This document shows, one piece after another, positions 37,748 to 47,536 of a stretch of 64,000 nucleotides of DNA. The stretch comes from Spirulina sp. (lineage in GTDB: Bacteria > Cyanobacteriota > Cyanobacteriia > Phormidesmidales > Phormidesmidaceae). The notes under the pieces are model-generated. The model was given only the letters and a program-made list of their open reading frames with translations, ran no database searches and was not told the DNA's origin. A program made the position numbers and the translations under genes. Position 1 is the first letter of the stretch, and each line of letters starts with the position of its first letter. The stretch spans positions 64,001 through 128,000 of the forward strand of contig JBIPSI010000016.1 of NCBI GenBank assembly GCA_044070495.1, read 5' to 3'.

Positions 37748-40000
37748 ATGAAAGCTTCCTCCCGCAAGTCCCAACTACCTCAATTCACCCTAGGCACCCA
37801 AGTGCGTCAGGAATTACAGCCTGCTCGGCTCGTCCCCACGCTGACAGCAGGGTTGATTACGGGAGTTCTGCTGGTGATTTACGCCATTTCAATGGCAGCG
37901 TTAATCTTTACTGGTTCTCTCGTCGAATTTATTCCCATTGGCATTGGCTTAACGCTGTTCACGGCGATTGTTATAGCCATCATCGTGGCGTTAACAAACT
38001 CGATGCCAGGAATCGTCATCATGCCCCAGGATTCTCCAGCGATCATTCTGGCCATGATGGCGAGTGCGATCGCAGCCCAACTGCCAGCCTCTGATCCGGC
38101 CCTGTTACCCACGGTGATGATGGCACTGGCAATCGCCACCGGAGTCGTGGGTATCGTTTACTTTTTACTTGGCTCCTTCAAACTCGGCAATTTAATCCGC
38201 TTTATTCCCTATCCAGTGGTGGGCGGCTTTCTGGCGGGCACTGGCTACTTACTTGCCCAGGGTGCCTTCAACGTAATGACGGATCAGTTTTTTAATCTAG
38301 CGGATTTACCGGCTTTACTGACCCCAACGATGGCTGTACGTTGGCTACCCGGCTGTGCCGTTGGCCTGACTTTAGTGGTCTTGCTGCGCCGCTACAACAA
38401 TGTGTTTATTATGCCGGGCATTATCGTTGGCAGCACCCTGGCGTTTTATTTGACCCTATGGCTAACTCGAACACCCATCAGCCATGCCCAGGAGTTGGGG
38501 CTGCTCTTTGGCGATTTCCCTAAAGGTGGGCTGTGGCAACCCCTGCATTGGTCAATGCTGACCCAGGTCAACTGGGCGCTCATTTTAGGTCAGGTCGATA
38601 AAATGGCGACCGTGACACTGCTTTCAGTGATTGCTCTTTTGCTGAACGTGTCGGGTATTGAGCTGGCCGCCCGTCAGGATATCGACCTGAACCGGGAGCT
38701 GCAATCAACCGGGATTGCCAATGTGATTGTTGGCCTAGGCGGTGGCATTGTGGGTTTCCATGCCCTGGGTCTATCCGTTTTAAGCTGCGCCAAAATTAAT
38801 GCCAAAAGTCGTCTGGTAGGAGTGCTCGCCGCCAGTATTTGTGTCGTTACCCTGCTGCTGGGGGATACGTTGGTCACGTTGTTTCCGAAACCGGTGCTAG
38901 GAGGGGTGGCTCTATTTTTGGGTTTAAGCTTTTTGGTGGAGTGGGTCTACGACGCCTGGTTTAAGCTGCCGAAAACAGATTATGGCATTGTTATCTTGAT
39001 CCTGTTTGTAATTGCCACCGTTGGCTTTTTACAGGGGGTCGGCGTCGGTATCGTCGTCGCCATTGCCCTGTTTGTAGTCAGTTCTAGCCGAGTCAACGTC
39101 ACCAAACACATCCTCTCCGGTGCCACCCACCAGAGCCACAGGGCTCGCAGCTTACCCCAAACCCGAATTCTTCAGGAGGAAGGCGATCAGATCTACATTC
39201 TCGATTTGCAGGGGTTTCTTTTTTTTGGCACTGCCAATGCCCTACTAAAGCGCGTTCAAGATAGGCTTAATGATAACTGCCTCACTCCCTTAAAGTACGT
39301 CGTTCTCGACTTTCAGGCGGTCAACGGACTCGACTCTTCAGCGGTACTCAGCTTTGTCCGCCTCAAGCAACTCTTGCAGCAACAGCAGGTCAAACTGGTG
39401 CTGACCCATCTCAGCCCAGCGATTCGCACCCAGCTCAAGCGGGGGGGATGCCTACTGCCGGATGACCTGGCTTGTCAGGCGTTTGCCGATCGCGATCGCG
39501 GCCTGGAATGGTGTGAAAATGACCTGCTCGGGGTGATTCCCCTACGACGCGCCCGCACTCTGCCGCTGCTGCTTCAGCTCAATGATCTGTTTCCGGCCCG
39601 TGATGTCGCCACTGAATTCATCGACTACCTGGAAGAGTGGGACGCCGAACCAGGGGAATACATCTATCAACAGGGTCAGCCCGCCGATACCCTTGATCTG
39701 ATCGAAGTGGGTGAGGTGGCCGTATATCTGGATGGGCAACAGGAACAAACTCATCGCATTCAAGCGCTAGGGGCAGGCAACGTGGTCGGAGCGGTAGATT
39801 TTTTCCGTCACTCCAATCACCAAACGACAGCGATCGTCGAAGCGCCCAGCACCCTCTATCGATTAACGGTAGAGAGCTTCCAGCGTATGGAAAAAGAGCA
39901 CCCCGAGGTGGCAACGGCGTTTCAGGCGGCGGTGATTCAAATTTTGGGTGATCGGCTCACCTATGCCTACAAAGAAATTGCCGACCTGCTGCGATCGTGA
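37748..40000 (+). CDS. SulP anion transporter with STAS and cNMP-binding domains
   Basis: RFIPYPVVGGFLAG, DLNRELQSTG, LQGFLFFGTA, DSSAV, C-terminal cNMP fold. Confidence 0.9.
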   Translation: MKASSRKSQLPQFTLGTQVRQELQPARLVPTLTAGLITGVLLVIYAISMAALIFTGSLVEFIPIGIGLTLFTAIVIAIIVALTNSMPGIVIMPQDSPAIILAMMASAIAAQLPASDPALLPTVMMALAIATGVVGIVYFLLGSFKLGNLIRFIPYPVVGGFLAGTGYLLAQGAFNVMTDQFFNLADLPALLTPTMAVRWLPGCAVGLTLVVLLRRYNNVFIMPGIIVGSTLAFYLTLWLTRTPISHAQELGLLFGDFPKGGLWQPLHWSMLTQVNWALILGQVDKMATVTLLSVIALLLNVSGIELAARQDIDLNRELQSTGIANVIVGLGGGIVGFHALGLSVLSCAKINAKSRLVGVLAASICVVTLLLGDTLVTLFPKPVLGGVALFLGLSFLVEWVYDAWFKLPKTDYGIVILILFVIATVGFLQGVGVGIVVAIALFVVSSSRVNVTKHILSGATHQSHRARSLPQTRILQEEGDQIYILDLQGFLFFGTANALLKRVQDRLNDNCLTPLKYVVLDFQAVNGLDSSAVLSFVRLKQLLQQQQVKLVLTHLSPAIRTQLKRGGCLLPDDLACQAFADRDRGLEWCENDLLGVIPLRRARTLPLLLQLNDLFPARDVATEFIDYLEEWDAEPGEYIYQQGQPADTLDLIEVGEVAVYLDGQQEQTHRIQALGAGNVVGAVDFFRHSNHQTTAIVEAPSTLYRLTVESFQRMEKEHPEVATAFQAAVIQILGDRLTYAYKEIADLLRS

Positions 40001-40022
40001 GGCAGCTCATGGGCCAGATATT

Positions 40023-40049
40023 TGCATACTTAGCCCAAACCAGCCGTAT
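40023..40049 (+). promoter_or_regulatory. Putative alternative-sigma promoter, copy 2
   Basis: TGCATACT tagcccaaaccag CCGTAT. Confidence 0.6.
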
Positions 40050-40289
40050 ATGTTTGTGAGTTAAATCTCACTTACAAAACCACCGGCCAGGGCTGCGAAC
40101 TATCTTTTGATATTCCGGTACTGGTCATTTTTTTGACCACCCAAGCAGAGCCCTACTTAGAGCCTGCCCCTATGCTTGAAATGCGAGTCAAGGCACGACT
40201 GACGGGACGCGAATTCTTATAGGCGATGCAAGGCCCGCTCCAAGTATGACGCTTGGGGGGCGATCGCTAATATTTGCCAAACGAAAGTT

Positions 40290-40336
40290 TCAAATTCAGG
40301 CCTGAGAATTGCATACTCACCCTATGGCAGCCGTAT
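40290..40336 (+). promoter_or_regulatory. Putative alternative-sigma promoter, copy 3
   Basis: tcaaattcaggcctgagaat TGCATACT (40310) N13 CCGTAT (40331), ~75 nt before the patatin ATG. Confidence 0.7.
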
Positions 40337-40410
40337 TATCCTGTGAGCACATCGTTTGGCTCACCGTTAACGATAAATTTAGGGCCAGATACCATATAAG
40401 AGCAATCTCT

Positions 40411-41472
40411 ATGAAGAAAATTCTGAGTATCGACGGCGGTGGCATTCGAGGTTTGATTCCGGCCATGGTGCTGACAGAAATTGAAAGGAGAACCAATCAG
40501 CCCATTTCAAAGAGCTTTGATCTAATCGCAGGTACTTCAACTGGAGGAATTCTAGCGCTTGGGCTTAGTAAGGCTGACGAGAGCGGGCAGCCCGAATTTT
40601 CTGCCAAAGCCCTGAGCGAAATCTATACAAATCACGGCAAAACCATATTTCCCCAGGGCACCTGGGCTTCTGCTGCCCGGCACCTTTGGGTCGGATTTGG
40701 TATGTCGGAGAAAATTTATTCTCACCAAGGCTTAGAAGAAGTGCTTAGGGATAAGGTTGGAAATGCAACCCTGGGTGATGCGCTGGGTAGAGTACTGATT
40801 TCAACCTACGACATTGTCGGTGGAGAACCTGTCTTTTTCAAAAGCTGGGATGGCCCCCACAAAGCCGTGAAGATGGTTGATGTGGCTCGCGCTACATCGG
40901 CGGCCCCTACCTACTTCGAGCCTCACCAAGTAACGATTACCTACGAAAAAGAAGAGTATTTTGAGAAGTATAACCTGAGCTACAAAAAAGAAAAATTCAA
41001 GAAAATTATTGTCGAGAAAGTCATTGATGGAAAAGAGATGATTGAAAAAACGTACACATTGGTGGATGGAGGAATTTGTATCAATTCTCCCGCAGTTTCC
41101 GCCTATGCCGAGGCTAAGCGCCTTTTTCCTGAAGAGCAAGACTTTTTAGTCCTGTCATTGGGCACAGGGCAAATTAATCCTGAAACGACTTACCAGCAAG
41201 CGAGGGCTTGGGGGATGGCTTCCTGGGCTAGGCCACTGATCAAGTTCATGTTTGATGGTGTCTCTGATGTGGCCGACTATCAACTGCGAAATATTTTGAG
41301 CGGCGAACCTAAGCGTTACTACCGCATGCAGACCGATATCCATGAGGATTCGGGTGCCATGGATCTTGCCAGTGATGAAAATATTCTCAGATTAATCAAC
41401 GGCGCTACAAGTCTGATCAGAGAGCAAGATGCAAACCTGAATGAACTCTGTGGTTTGCTAAGCGGCTCATAG
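40411..41472 (+). CDS. Patatin-like phospholipase
   Basis: ILSIDGGGIRG, GTSTG, ATSAAPTYF, DGG, LSLGTG. Confidence 0.92.
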   Translation: MKKILSIDGGGIRGLIPAMVLTEIERRTNQPISKSFDLIAGTSTGGILALGLSKADESGQPEFSAKALSEIYTNHGKTIFPQGTWASAARHLWVGFGMSEKIYSHQGLEEVLRDKVGNATLGDALGRVLISTYDIVGGEPVFFKSWDGPHKAVKMVDVARATSAAPTYFEPHQVTITYEKEEYFEKYNLSYKKEKFKKIIVEKVIDGKEMIEKTYTLVDGGICINSPAVSAYAEAKRLFPEEQDFLVLSLGTGQINPETTYQQARAWGMASWARPLIKFMFDGVSDVADYQLRNILSGEPKRYYRMQTDIHEDSGAMDLASDENILRLINGATSLIREQDANLNELCGLLSGS

Positions 41473-41523
41473 CGCCTGCATAGATGCTTCAGTTTGTCCA
41501 TTTGTATACTTTTTATCACTGCC

Positions 41524-42561
41524 ATGACTCTTCTTTCAAACAGCCTCAAGATTTCTGCAACAGTAACGACAGCTGCTCTCCTAGCTACCTGCTTTTCCCC
41601 TAGTGCGATCGCCGACCAGCCGACCATTGTCACCGTTCAGAAACTCACCGCTGGCGATCGCGCCTGCTATGTCGATGTCATTGATGCGGGGGGAGTCTAC
41701 TCTACAGAATATGCAGCTTTCGAGGTTTGTGAGCAAGATTTAGTCGGTAGAGACGTGAATCTTATCTATGAGCCGGGCAGCATTATAGCTGTCTCGTGCC
41801 AGGGCGATCCGGCCTGTAGCGAAACTGAAACGGTGATGCTGATTACCCAGGCTGAAATCATCGAGGCTCCGACAGTGGGCGTTATCCATGAGGTTATTGT
41901 AGGGGACAGAGCCTGTGATATTGGATTTACAGATGAAACGGGAGAACTCTGGTACCGCCAAGCAACCTTTGCAGTCTGTAATCAAGATTTAATCGGTGAC
42001 ACTGCGCAATTTACCTATGAAGTAGCGGAGATTTCAGCCTATGCTTGCGAGGGCGATCCAACCTGTGAGCAAACCGATGTCGTGACTCTGATTACCAATG
42101 TCGAAATTGTTTCTGACTTGACCCCCAATTTAATCAATGATAGACCTCAAGGTCGCGTGCAGGATCTCCCCGATGGCAACTATCGCTACTGGAGCGGCAC
42201 CACCGATCAAAGTATTGTTTCTGACGATATCCTGATCAATAACGGAGGCACCTTATTTCTGTTCCGAAAGCAGGGTGATAATGTTACAGGCATTTTCTCT
42301 TATGTGAATGCGGAAGCCATCTGTATTAGCGGCCAAGTCAATGGCAACACCGTCAGCGGTCGGGCGGTGCAAACGGGGGAGGGGATTTCTGTCCTGAGTA
42401 GCGGAGAAACCTTTGCAAACTTTGGGCCGAGTGAGACCTTGTCTCTACGTCGAGGTCGCCAGGTCAGCGATGAACAGGTTCGCTATGGCAGCGCCCTTCT
42501 AAATCTCGCAGAACTCAATCGCATTAATGCCGGTACAGCCCTTCCCCCAGGAGGATGCTAG
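41524..42561 (+). CDS. Secreted hypothetical protein with a duplicated Cys-containing domain
   Basis: Signal peptide; two copies of GDRAC...F.VC.QDL.G...C.GDP.C..T..V.LIT. Confidence 0.75.
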   Translation: MTLLSNSLKISATVTTAALLATCFSPSAIADQPTIVTVQKLTAGDRACYVDVIDAGGVYSTEYAAFEVCEQDLVGRDVNLIYEPGSIIAVSCQGDPACSETETVMLITQAEIIEAPTVGVIHEVIVGDRACDIGFTDETGELWYRQATFAVCNQDLIGDTAQFTYEVAEISAYACEGDPTCEQTDVVTLITNVEIVSDLTPNLINDRPQGRVQDLPDGNYRYWSGTTDQSIVSDDILINNGGTLFLFRKQGDNVTGIFSYVNAEAICISGQVNGNTVSGRAVQTGEGISVLSSGETFANFGPSETLSLRRGRQVSDEQVRYGSALLNLAELNRINAGTALPPGGC

Positions 42562-42731
42562 AACTCATTATGTGCCCTGAGACTATCAAGAAAAATAGGC
42601 TTGGGGTGCGTGACAGTTTTCCTTCAACAGATCGTTTCAACCTGTGCTAGCGTAGGTAGATCGCAGGGCTTGATTTGAATGAGATCGTCTACGGGTGAGG
42701 TGCGATCAATGATAGTTGCCAAAAGAAATTC

Positions 42732-42778
42732 TCAAACTTAGGGCTGAGAGCTGCATACTCCGTAAACATCAACCGTAT
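42732..42778 (+). promoter_or_regulatory. Putative alternative-sigma promoter, copy 4
   Basis: tcaaacttagggctgagagc TGCATACT (42752) N13 CCGTAT (42773), ~30 nt before ATG 42808. Confidence 0.72.
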
Positions 42779-42807
42779 ATGTTCTTAGACTACATGGAGA
42801 AGTATTT

Positions 42808-43713
42808 ATGTTATTGATACCTGAACTTGAAAGAGTAAACCATTGGGCTTCGGTTCACAGTCCACTACATTCCCATAGATCTGCAAAGCGCGAACGTCAA
42901 TCGGTAACACATTTTGCACCATTATTCCTTACAGAAAGTAACGTTGGCGAGCATGGCTTTCAACCGCCTGTAGTCTCTGGAAGCGCTTTAGTCGGAGATG
43001 GGAAGGAAAATGGCTTAAGGAAAGATTTAGAAGTAGGCAATTGTCTACCTGGTTTAGGAGAACCTCTTACTGCAGAGGGGTATAATGCTCTGTTAGAACA
43101 ATATCGTGGAAGTCCGCTCACTGGTTGTACAACCGTAATGGATATGGCAAGGATAAAAGCCGGTTATAACCCCCTTAGTCCAGACTTTGACGGTAATAAG
43201 TCAGCTTTCGATGATTACGTTTCAAGAATAATGCAGTCTCCTTTTTTCTTTCTCGATTATTCAAGCCGAACGGATTATCACAAGGAAGAGCAAAATTGGG
43301 ATCAAGCGATTAGTGGAATTGCTGATCTCTATGAGGGAATTGAATCTGGCAGTAAAGATTCAATAGTCAAAAGCTTAGCAGCCATGGCCCAGGCAGCAGC
43401 CTCAAGAAAGAACACAAAAAACACGCAGAACTTGTTTGCGCAAAGCACAATAAGCATCAATGATAAAATCGAGGTTTTTATTTACTCCAGCCTAGTTGAG
43501 ATGGAGGAAAGCCAGTCTAAGGGTAGCGATTCTAAGCAGACTGATATGACCATCATAAAAGCTAAGTTAACCTTTTACAGCACTATGTGGCCATCATACG
43601 CGCAGATGGTGCTAGGTCATCATATAAAGCTAACGAGTGATTGGTTAGACGAGAATACATTAAAGTCAGGTTCTGAAACAACAAATCTGAATTTAGGACA
43701 AAATAAAGCATAG
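42808..43713 (+). CDS. Hypothetical protein, probable Evf (Erwinia virulence factor)/Cyt-like fold
   Basis: GGAG RBS. SPLTGCTTVMDMARIKAGYNP, SLAAMA, NLFAQSTI and DWLDEN resemble Evf as I recall it. AT-rich. Confidence 0.6.
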   Translation: MLLIPELERVNHWASVHSPLHSHRSAKRERQSVTHFAPLFLTESNVGEHGFQPPVVSGSALVGDGKENGLRKDLEVGNCLPGLGEPLTAEGYNALLEQYRGSPLTGCTTVMDMARIKAGYNPLSPDFDGNKSAFDDYVSRIMQSPFFFLDYSSRTDYHKEEQNWDQAISGIADLYEGIESGSKDSIVKSLAAMAQAAASRKNTKNTQNLFAQSTISINDKIEVFIYSSLVEMEESQSKGSDSKQTDMTIIKAKLTFYSTMWPSYAQMVLGHHIKLTSDWLDENTLKSGSETTNLNLGQNKA

Positions 43714-43737
43714 GGTGAGACTGGTTTCGCAAAAACA

Positions 43738-43780
43738 CAAGATTGGGAGATTAATGAAGTTTCGTCATCTCCCAATCTTA
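43738..43780. terminator. Hairpin between the two Evf-like genes
   Basis: aagattgggagat ... atctcccaatctt. Confidence 0.55.
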
Positions 43781-43833
43781 TTGATTACACATCGAAATCC
43801 GCGAAAAATATACCGAATAGGCTTTTGACTAGA

Positions 43834-44697
43834 ATGAATTTAGAAAGCACTAATAAGTGGATTGAACACGTAAACAGTTTTCCGGTTGAATTTAATCTTG
43901 ATCCTACCCGTATCCATCCGTTCACCCTTGAGCTTCCATCTAGCATATCAACTAACAATAAAACGTCTGGTGTGGGCGCAATATTATTAGGAAAAGGAAT
44001 AACAGAAGTTCATAAGCAAGCGGAAGAGCTGGCAGCAACAAAGCCAGAGGAAAGACCGTGGGAAAATTCAGATTGGTTAGATAAATTTAGTGCTTCTCCT
44101 GCAAACGGATTGGCCAGCATTTTAGGTTTTATACAGCATAGAGTGAACTGGAATCCAATTAGAAATTCCGAAGCGACACGGAATAATTTCTCGGCCTTTA
44201 TTAACCTACTTTCACTTAGCCCATATTTGGCACATAATATTGTTGACAAAACCAAAGTTAACTTCAAGAATAAAGACTATCCGAAGATAATTGATGAAAT
44301 TCTATCTCTGTACACTGGATTATCTCCTGAGCAAATGCAGGATGTGAAGACTAACTTGCGGCAAATGGTGTATGCGGCTTTATCAGAAGCGGGTAGTCAG
44401 CAAACCAATACATTATTTGTTCAAAACATTATGGAAGTTAAGACGCCAGACATAATAGCTTTCTACGTGTACTCTTCGAAGGTTTCATTTATTTACCATG
44501 GCGGGAAGCATCATTTCATGGAGACACATGCCATAATTGATCGCATTAAACTTATCTTTGATGCATCAAAGGTTTGGAATCGTACCACTGCTGCAATTGT
44601 TTCTGGAATCCTATATAACGATGTCAATCAATGGTTAGAAAACAATAATGCTCCTGATAAACAGTCGATTCAACCCACAATAGATCTGTGTTTCTAA
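43834..44697 (+). CDS. Paralogue of 42808-43713, probable Evf/Cyt-like
   Basis: SPANG...NWNP, LSPY, LYTGL, TNTLFVQN, YVYSS, QWLENN align with the upstream gene; AT-rich. Confidence 0.55.
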   Translation: MNLESTNKWIEHVNSFPVEFNLDPTRIHPFTLELPSSISTNNKTSGVGAILLGKGITEVHKQAEELAATKPEERPWENSDWLDKFSASPANGLASILGFIQHRVNWNPIRNSEATRNNFSAFINLLSLSPYLAHNIVDKTKVNFKNKDYPKIIDEILSLYTGLSPEQMQDVKTNLRQMVYAALSEAGSQQTNTLFVQNIMEVKTPDIIAFYVYSSKVSFIYHGGKHHFMETHAIIDRIKLIFDASKVWNRTTAAIVSGILYNDVNQWLENNNAPDKQSIQPTIDLCF

Positions 44698-44899
44698 TTA
44701 TTTTATAATCTCATAACTAAGATTTCCGTTTTCTTGGGTATGTTGTCGTCCATCGTGTAGAGAATAAACGTTGCTAAACAGTTTGAATCGGTATACAGTG
44801 TTGGTAAAGTGCCAAAAGGGTTGCCCCGGCCTCACTAGCCTGAAATAGTCTGTATGGCTAATTGCTTAATACTGCAAAGTATCCGCTAGATCATTTTCT

Positions 44900-47491
44900 A
44901 TGGCGTGGCGCATTGATAGCGTGCTTTCCTGGCTGCGGCTATTCAAACTAAGCCTTTACCTATTTTTAGGCATAGTCCTTGCCTTCACTCCCGTTTGGGG
45001 ACTTAGTCTAGTCCATGCTGGAGAAGCGAGAATGGCTGAGATCGCCGCTTCCCCCTCGCCTAACGACCTGCTCGATCAGGGTCGCCAAGCTTATACATCC
45101 CAGCGATATATCGAGGCTGTAGCCGCTTGGGAAGAGTCAACAATGTTATTCACTGATCGCCCGCTCCAGCAAGCCCTGGCTCTCGGCTATCTCACCCTGG
45201 CGCACCAGCAACTCAGCCAGTGGGACGCCGCCGATCGCACCATCACCCACAGCTTAAACCTCCTCGCCACCGCCCCCGACTCCCCCCAAAAGCTGGCCGT
45301 GAGCGCCCAGGTTCACAACACCCTCGGCAGCCTGCAATTTGCCCTAGGGCAGACCCAGGCTGCCCTAGAAACCTGGCACACCGCTGCCGAGCTGTACAAG
45401 CAAACCGGAGACGAAAGCCGCTACGTCAACGCTCTCCTAAACCAGGTACAGGCCCAGCAGTCATTGGGATACTACCAGCCCGCGCGGCGTACCCTGGCGA
45501 CCCTGGAGCAGCGCCTGCCGCTACAGTCGCTGCCCGTGCAGGTGCTGGGCTATCAACGGCTAGGGCAGACCTACCGCCTGCTGGGCGACCTGGAAATGGC
45601 CCAGGCTCATTTGCAGACTGCTTTGGAACTGGCGCAGCGAGAGCGCTTAGCCACGGGGGCCATCTTGCTGGGGCTGGCCAATACGGCCCAGGGGCAGGGA
45701 GACTGGCAGAGCGCAATCGCTCTCTACCAGCAAGCCGAACAGACCCAGGAATCCGACATTCGCCTCAAGGCCCGCCTGAACCGACTCAGCCTGTTAGCCC
45801 AGCACGATCCTGAGGCGGCTCCACCGCTGGCCGTCTCTCTACCGAGAGATCTAGCCGAAATGCCCCCAGGGCGCAGCCAGATCTATGCCCACATCAACGC
45901 GGCCCAAAGCCTGCTCCAGCTTAAAACCCCTGCTGAGGTCGAAACCGCTGCCCGACTGCTGGCCCAGGCCATTCAGCAGAGCATGGCCTTGCAAGATACC
46001 CGTGCCGAAGCCTATGCCAGGGGCTATCTGGGCCACGCCTACGAGGTCTCCCAGCAGTGGCCGGAGGCGCAGCAGTTAACCGAGCAAGCTCTGACCCTGG
46101 CCCAAGCCCTCAATGCCGCCGATATCGCCTACCAGTGGCACTGGCAGCTAGGTCGCCTGCTCAATCAACAGGGGCAACCAAACCTGGCTTTGCCAGCCTA
46201 CCGGAATGCTTTCACCGCCCTGCAATCCCTCAAACAAGATCTAGTAGCCGTCAGCGACGACCTCCAGTTCTCCTTTCGCGACAGCGTCGAGCCAGTCTAC
46301 CGAGAGCTGGTCGATCTGCTGCTGCAACCGGAACCCCAAACACCCTCTTCCGTCACCCCACCACCCCACTACCCCACCACCCGCCTCACCGAAGCCCGCT
46401 TAGTCATCGAAGCCTTGCAGATCGCCGAACTCAACAATTTCTTTAGAACCGCCTGCCTGGAGGGTGAGCAGGTCGCCCTTGAGGCGGTGAGTCAGTCCAC
46501 CACCGCCGTCATTTACCCAATTATTCTGCCGGATCGGCTGGAGATCATCGCCAGTCTGCCGGGGCAGCCCCTGCGGCAGTACACCAGCCCAGTGCCCCAG
46601 GCAGCGCTGGAGCAGACCCTGACGGACTGGCGGCAAAACCTGGAACGGCGGTTCACCGCTCCCGAGGGCAGGGCCCTGGGACAGCAGCTCTACCGCTGGC
46701 TGATTGACCCGATGCAGGAGGTACTGGCCGAAACCCGGCCCCAAACCCTGGTCTTCGTGCTGGATGGTGCCCTGCGAAACACCCCCATGGCGGCCCTGTA
46801 CGACGGGGAGCGGTATTTGGTGGAAGACTATGCGATCGCCCTCTCCCCCGGTCTCCAACTTCTCGGCCCCCGGCCTTTACAGGACAGTCGGATGGCGGCA
46901 CTCTTGGCAGGGCTGACGGAGCCTAGACATGGCTTTAGCGCCCTCACCAACGTGAACAACGAGATTCAAACCATTCAGGCGCTGCTCGACAATCGGGTCT
47001 TGCTCGATGAACAGTTCACCACAACAGCCCTAGCCCAGCAGATCGCAAAGACTGAGCTGCCCATTGTGCACCTGGCCACCCATGCCCAGTACAGCTCTAA
47101 TCTGCAAGACACCTTCATTCTGGCCTGGGATCGCCCCATGCCGGTGGATGAGTTGAGCCTCCTGCTCAGCGCCGGAGACCAGAGCCGGGTGGAACCCATT
47201 GAGCTGCTGGTGCTCAGCGCCTGCGAGACGGCCACCGGAGACAACCGCGCCGCCCTGGGTTTGGCGGGTCTGTCGCTCCAGGCGGGTGCCCGCAGTACCC
47301 TGGCCTCCCTGTGGAATTTAGACGACGCTTCTGGAGCGTATTTTATTCGCCAGTTCTATCAAGCCCTGGCCCAGCCCGGTGCAACTAAAGCCAAAGCGCT
47401 GCGCCAGGCCCAAAGGTCGCTGCTACAGCATCCTGACTACCGCCATCCGATCTATTGGTCGGCCTATGTGCTGGTGGGAAACTGGCTGTAG
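44900..47491 (+). CDS. TPR + CHAT domain protein
   Basis: N-terminal signal/TM, TPR repeats, FRDSVEPVY, VHLATHA, LLVLSACETA, ASLW, HPIYWSAYVLVGNWL. Confidence 0.92.
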   Translation: MAWRIDSVLSWLRLFKLSLYLFLGIVLAFTPVWGLSLVHAGEARMAEIAASPSPNDLLDQGRQAYTSQRYIEAVAAWEESTMLFTDRPLQQALALGYLTLAHQQLSQWDAADRTITHSLNLLATAPDSPQKLAVSAQVHNTLGSLQFALGQTQAALETWHTAAELYKQTGDESRYVNALLNQVQAQQSLGYYQPARRTLATLEQRLPLQSLPVQVLGYQRLGQTYRLLGDLEMAQAHLQTALELAQRERLATGAILLGLANTAQGQGDWQSAIALYQQAEQTQESDIRLKARLNRLSLLAQHDPEAAPPLAVSLPRDLAEMPPGRSQIYAHINAAQSLLQLKTPAEVETAARLLAQAIQQSMALQDTRAEAYARGYLGHAYEVSQQWPEAQQLTEQALTLAQALNAADIAYQWHWQLGRLLNQQGQPNLALPAYRNAFTALQSLKQDLVAVSDDLQFSFRDSVEPVYRELVDLLLQPEPQTPSSVTPPPHYPTTRLTEARLVIEALQIAELNNFFRTACLEGEQVALEAVSQSTTAVIYPIILPDRLEIIASLPGQPLRQYTSPVPQAALEQTLTDWRQNLERRFTAPEGRALGQQLYRWLIDPMQEVLAETRPQTLVFVLDGALRNTPMAALYDGERYLVEDYAIALSPGLQLLGPRPLQDSRMAALLAGLTEPRHGFSALTNVNNEIQTIQALLDNRVLLDEQFTTTALAQQIAKTELPIVHLATHAQYSSNLQDTFILAWDRPMPVDELSLLLSAGDQSRVEPIELLVLSACETATGDNRAALGLAGLSLQAGARSTLASLWNLDDASGAYFIRQFYQALAQPGATKAKALRQAQRSLLQHPDYRHPIYWSAYVLVGNWL

Positions 47492-47536
47492 CCCTATAAT
47501 GCAGTCGCCACAACCGTAGTTTTTCTAGCCCCCACC

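Noticed and set aside
40411..41472. CBASS system (CapV-like)
   Set aside because: No CD-NTase or Cap2/Cap3 gene nearby
46350..46385. C-rich tandem repeat inside the TPR-CHAT gene (also 31663-31713)
   Set aside because: Ordinary cyanobacterial short tandem repeat, in frame
28471..47491. CHAT proteases and sigma factor as effectors of the CRISPR system (Craspase-like)
   Set aside because: About 10 kb or more from the cas genes, different HIP1 signature, no SAVED/CARF domain and no Cas7-11; the link is only an analogy
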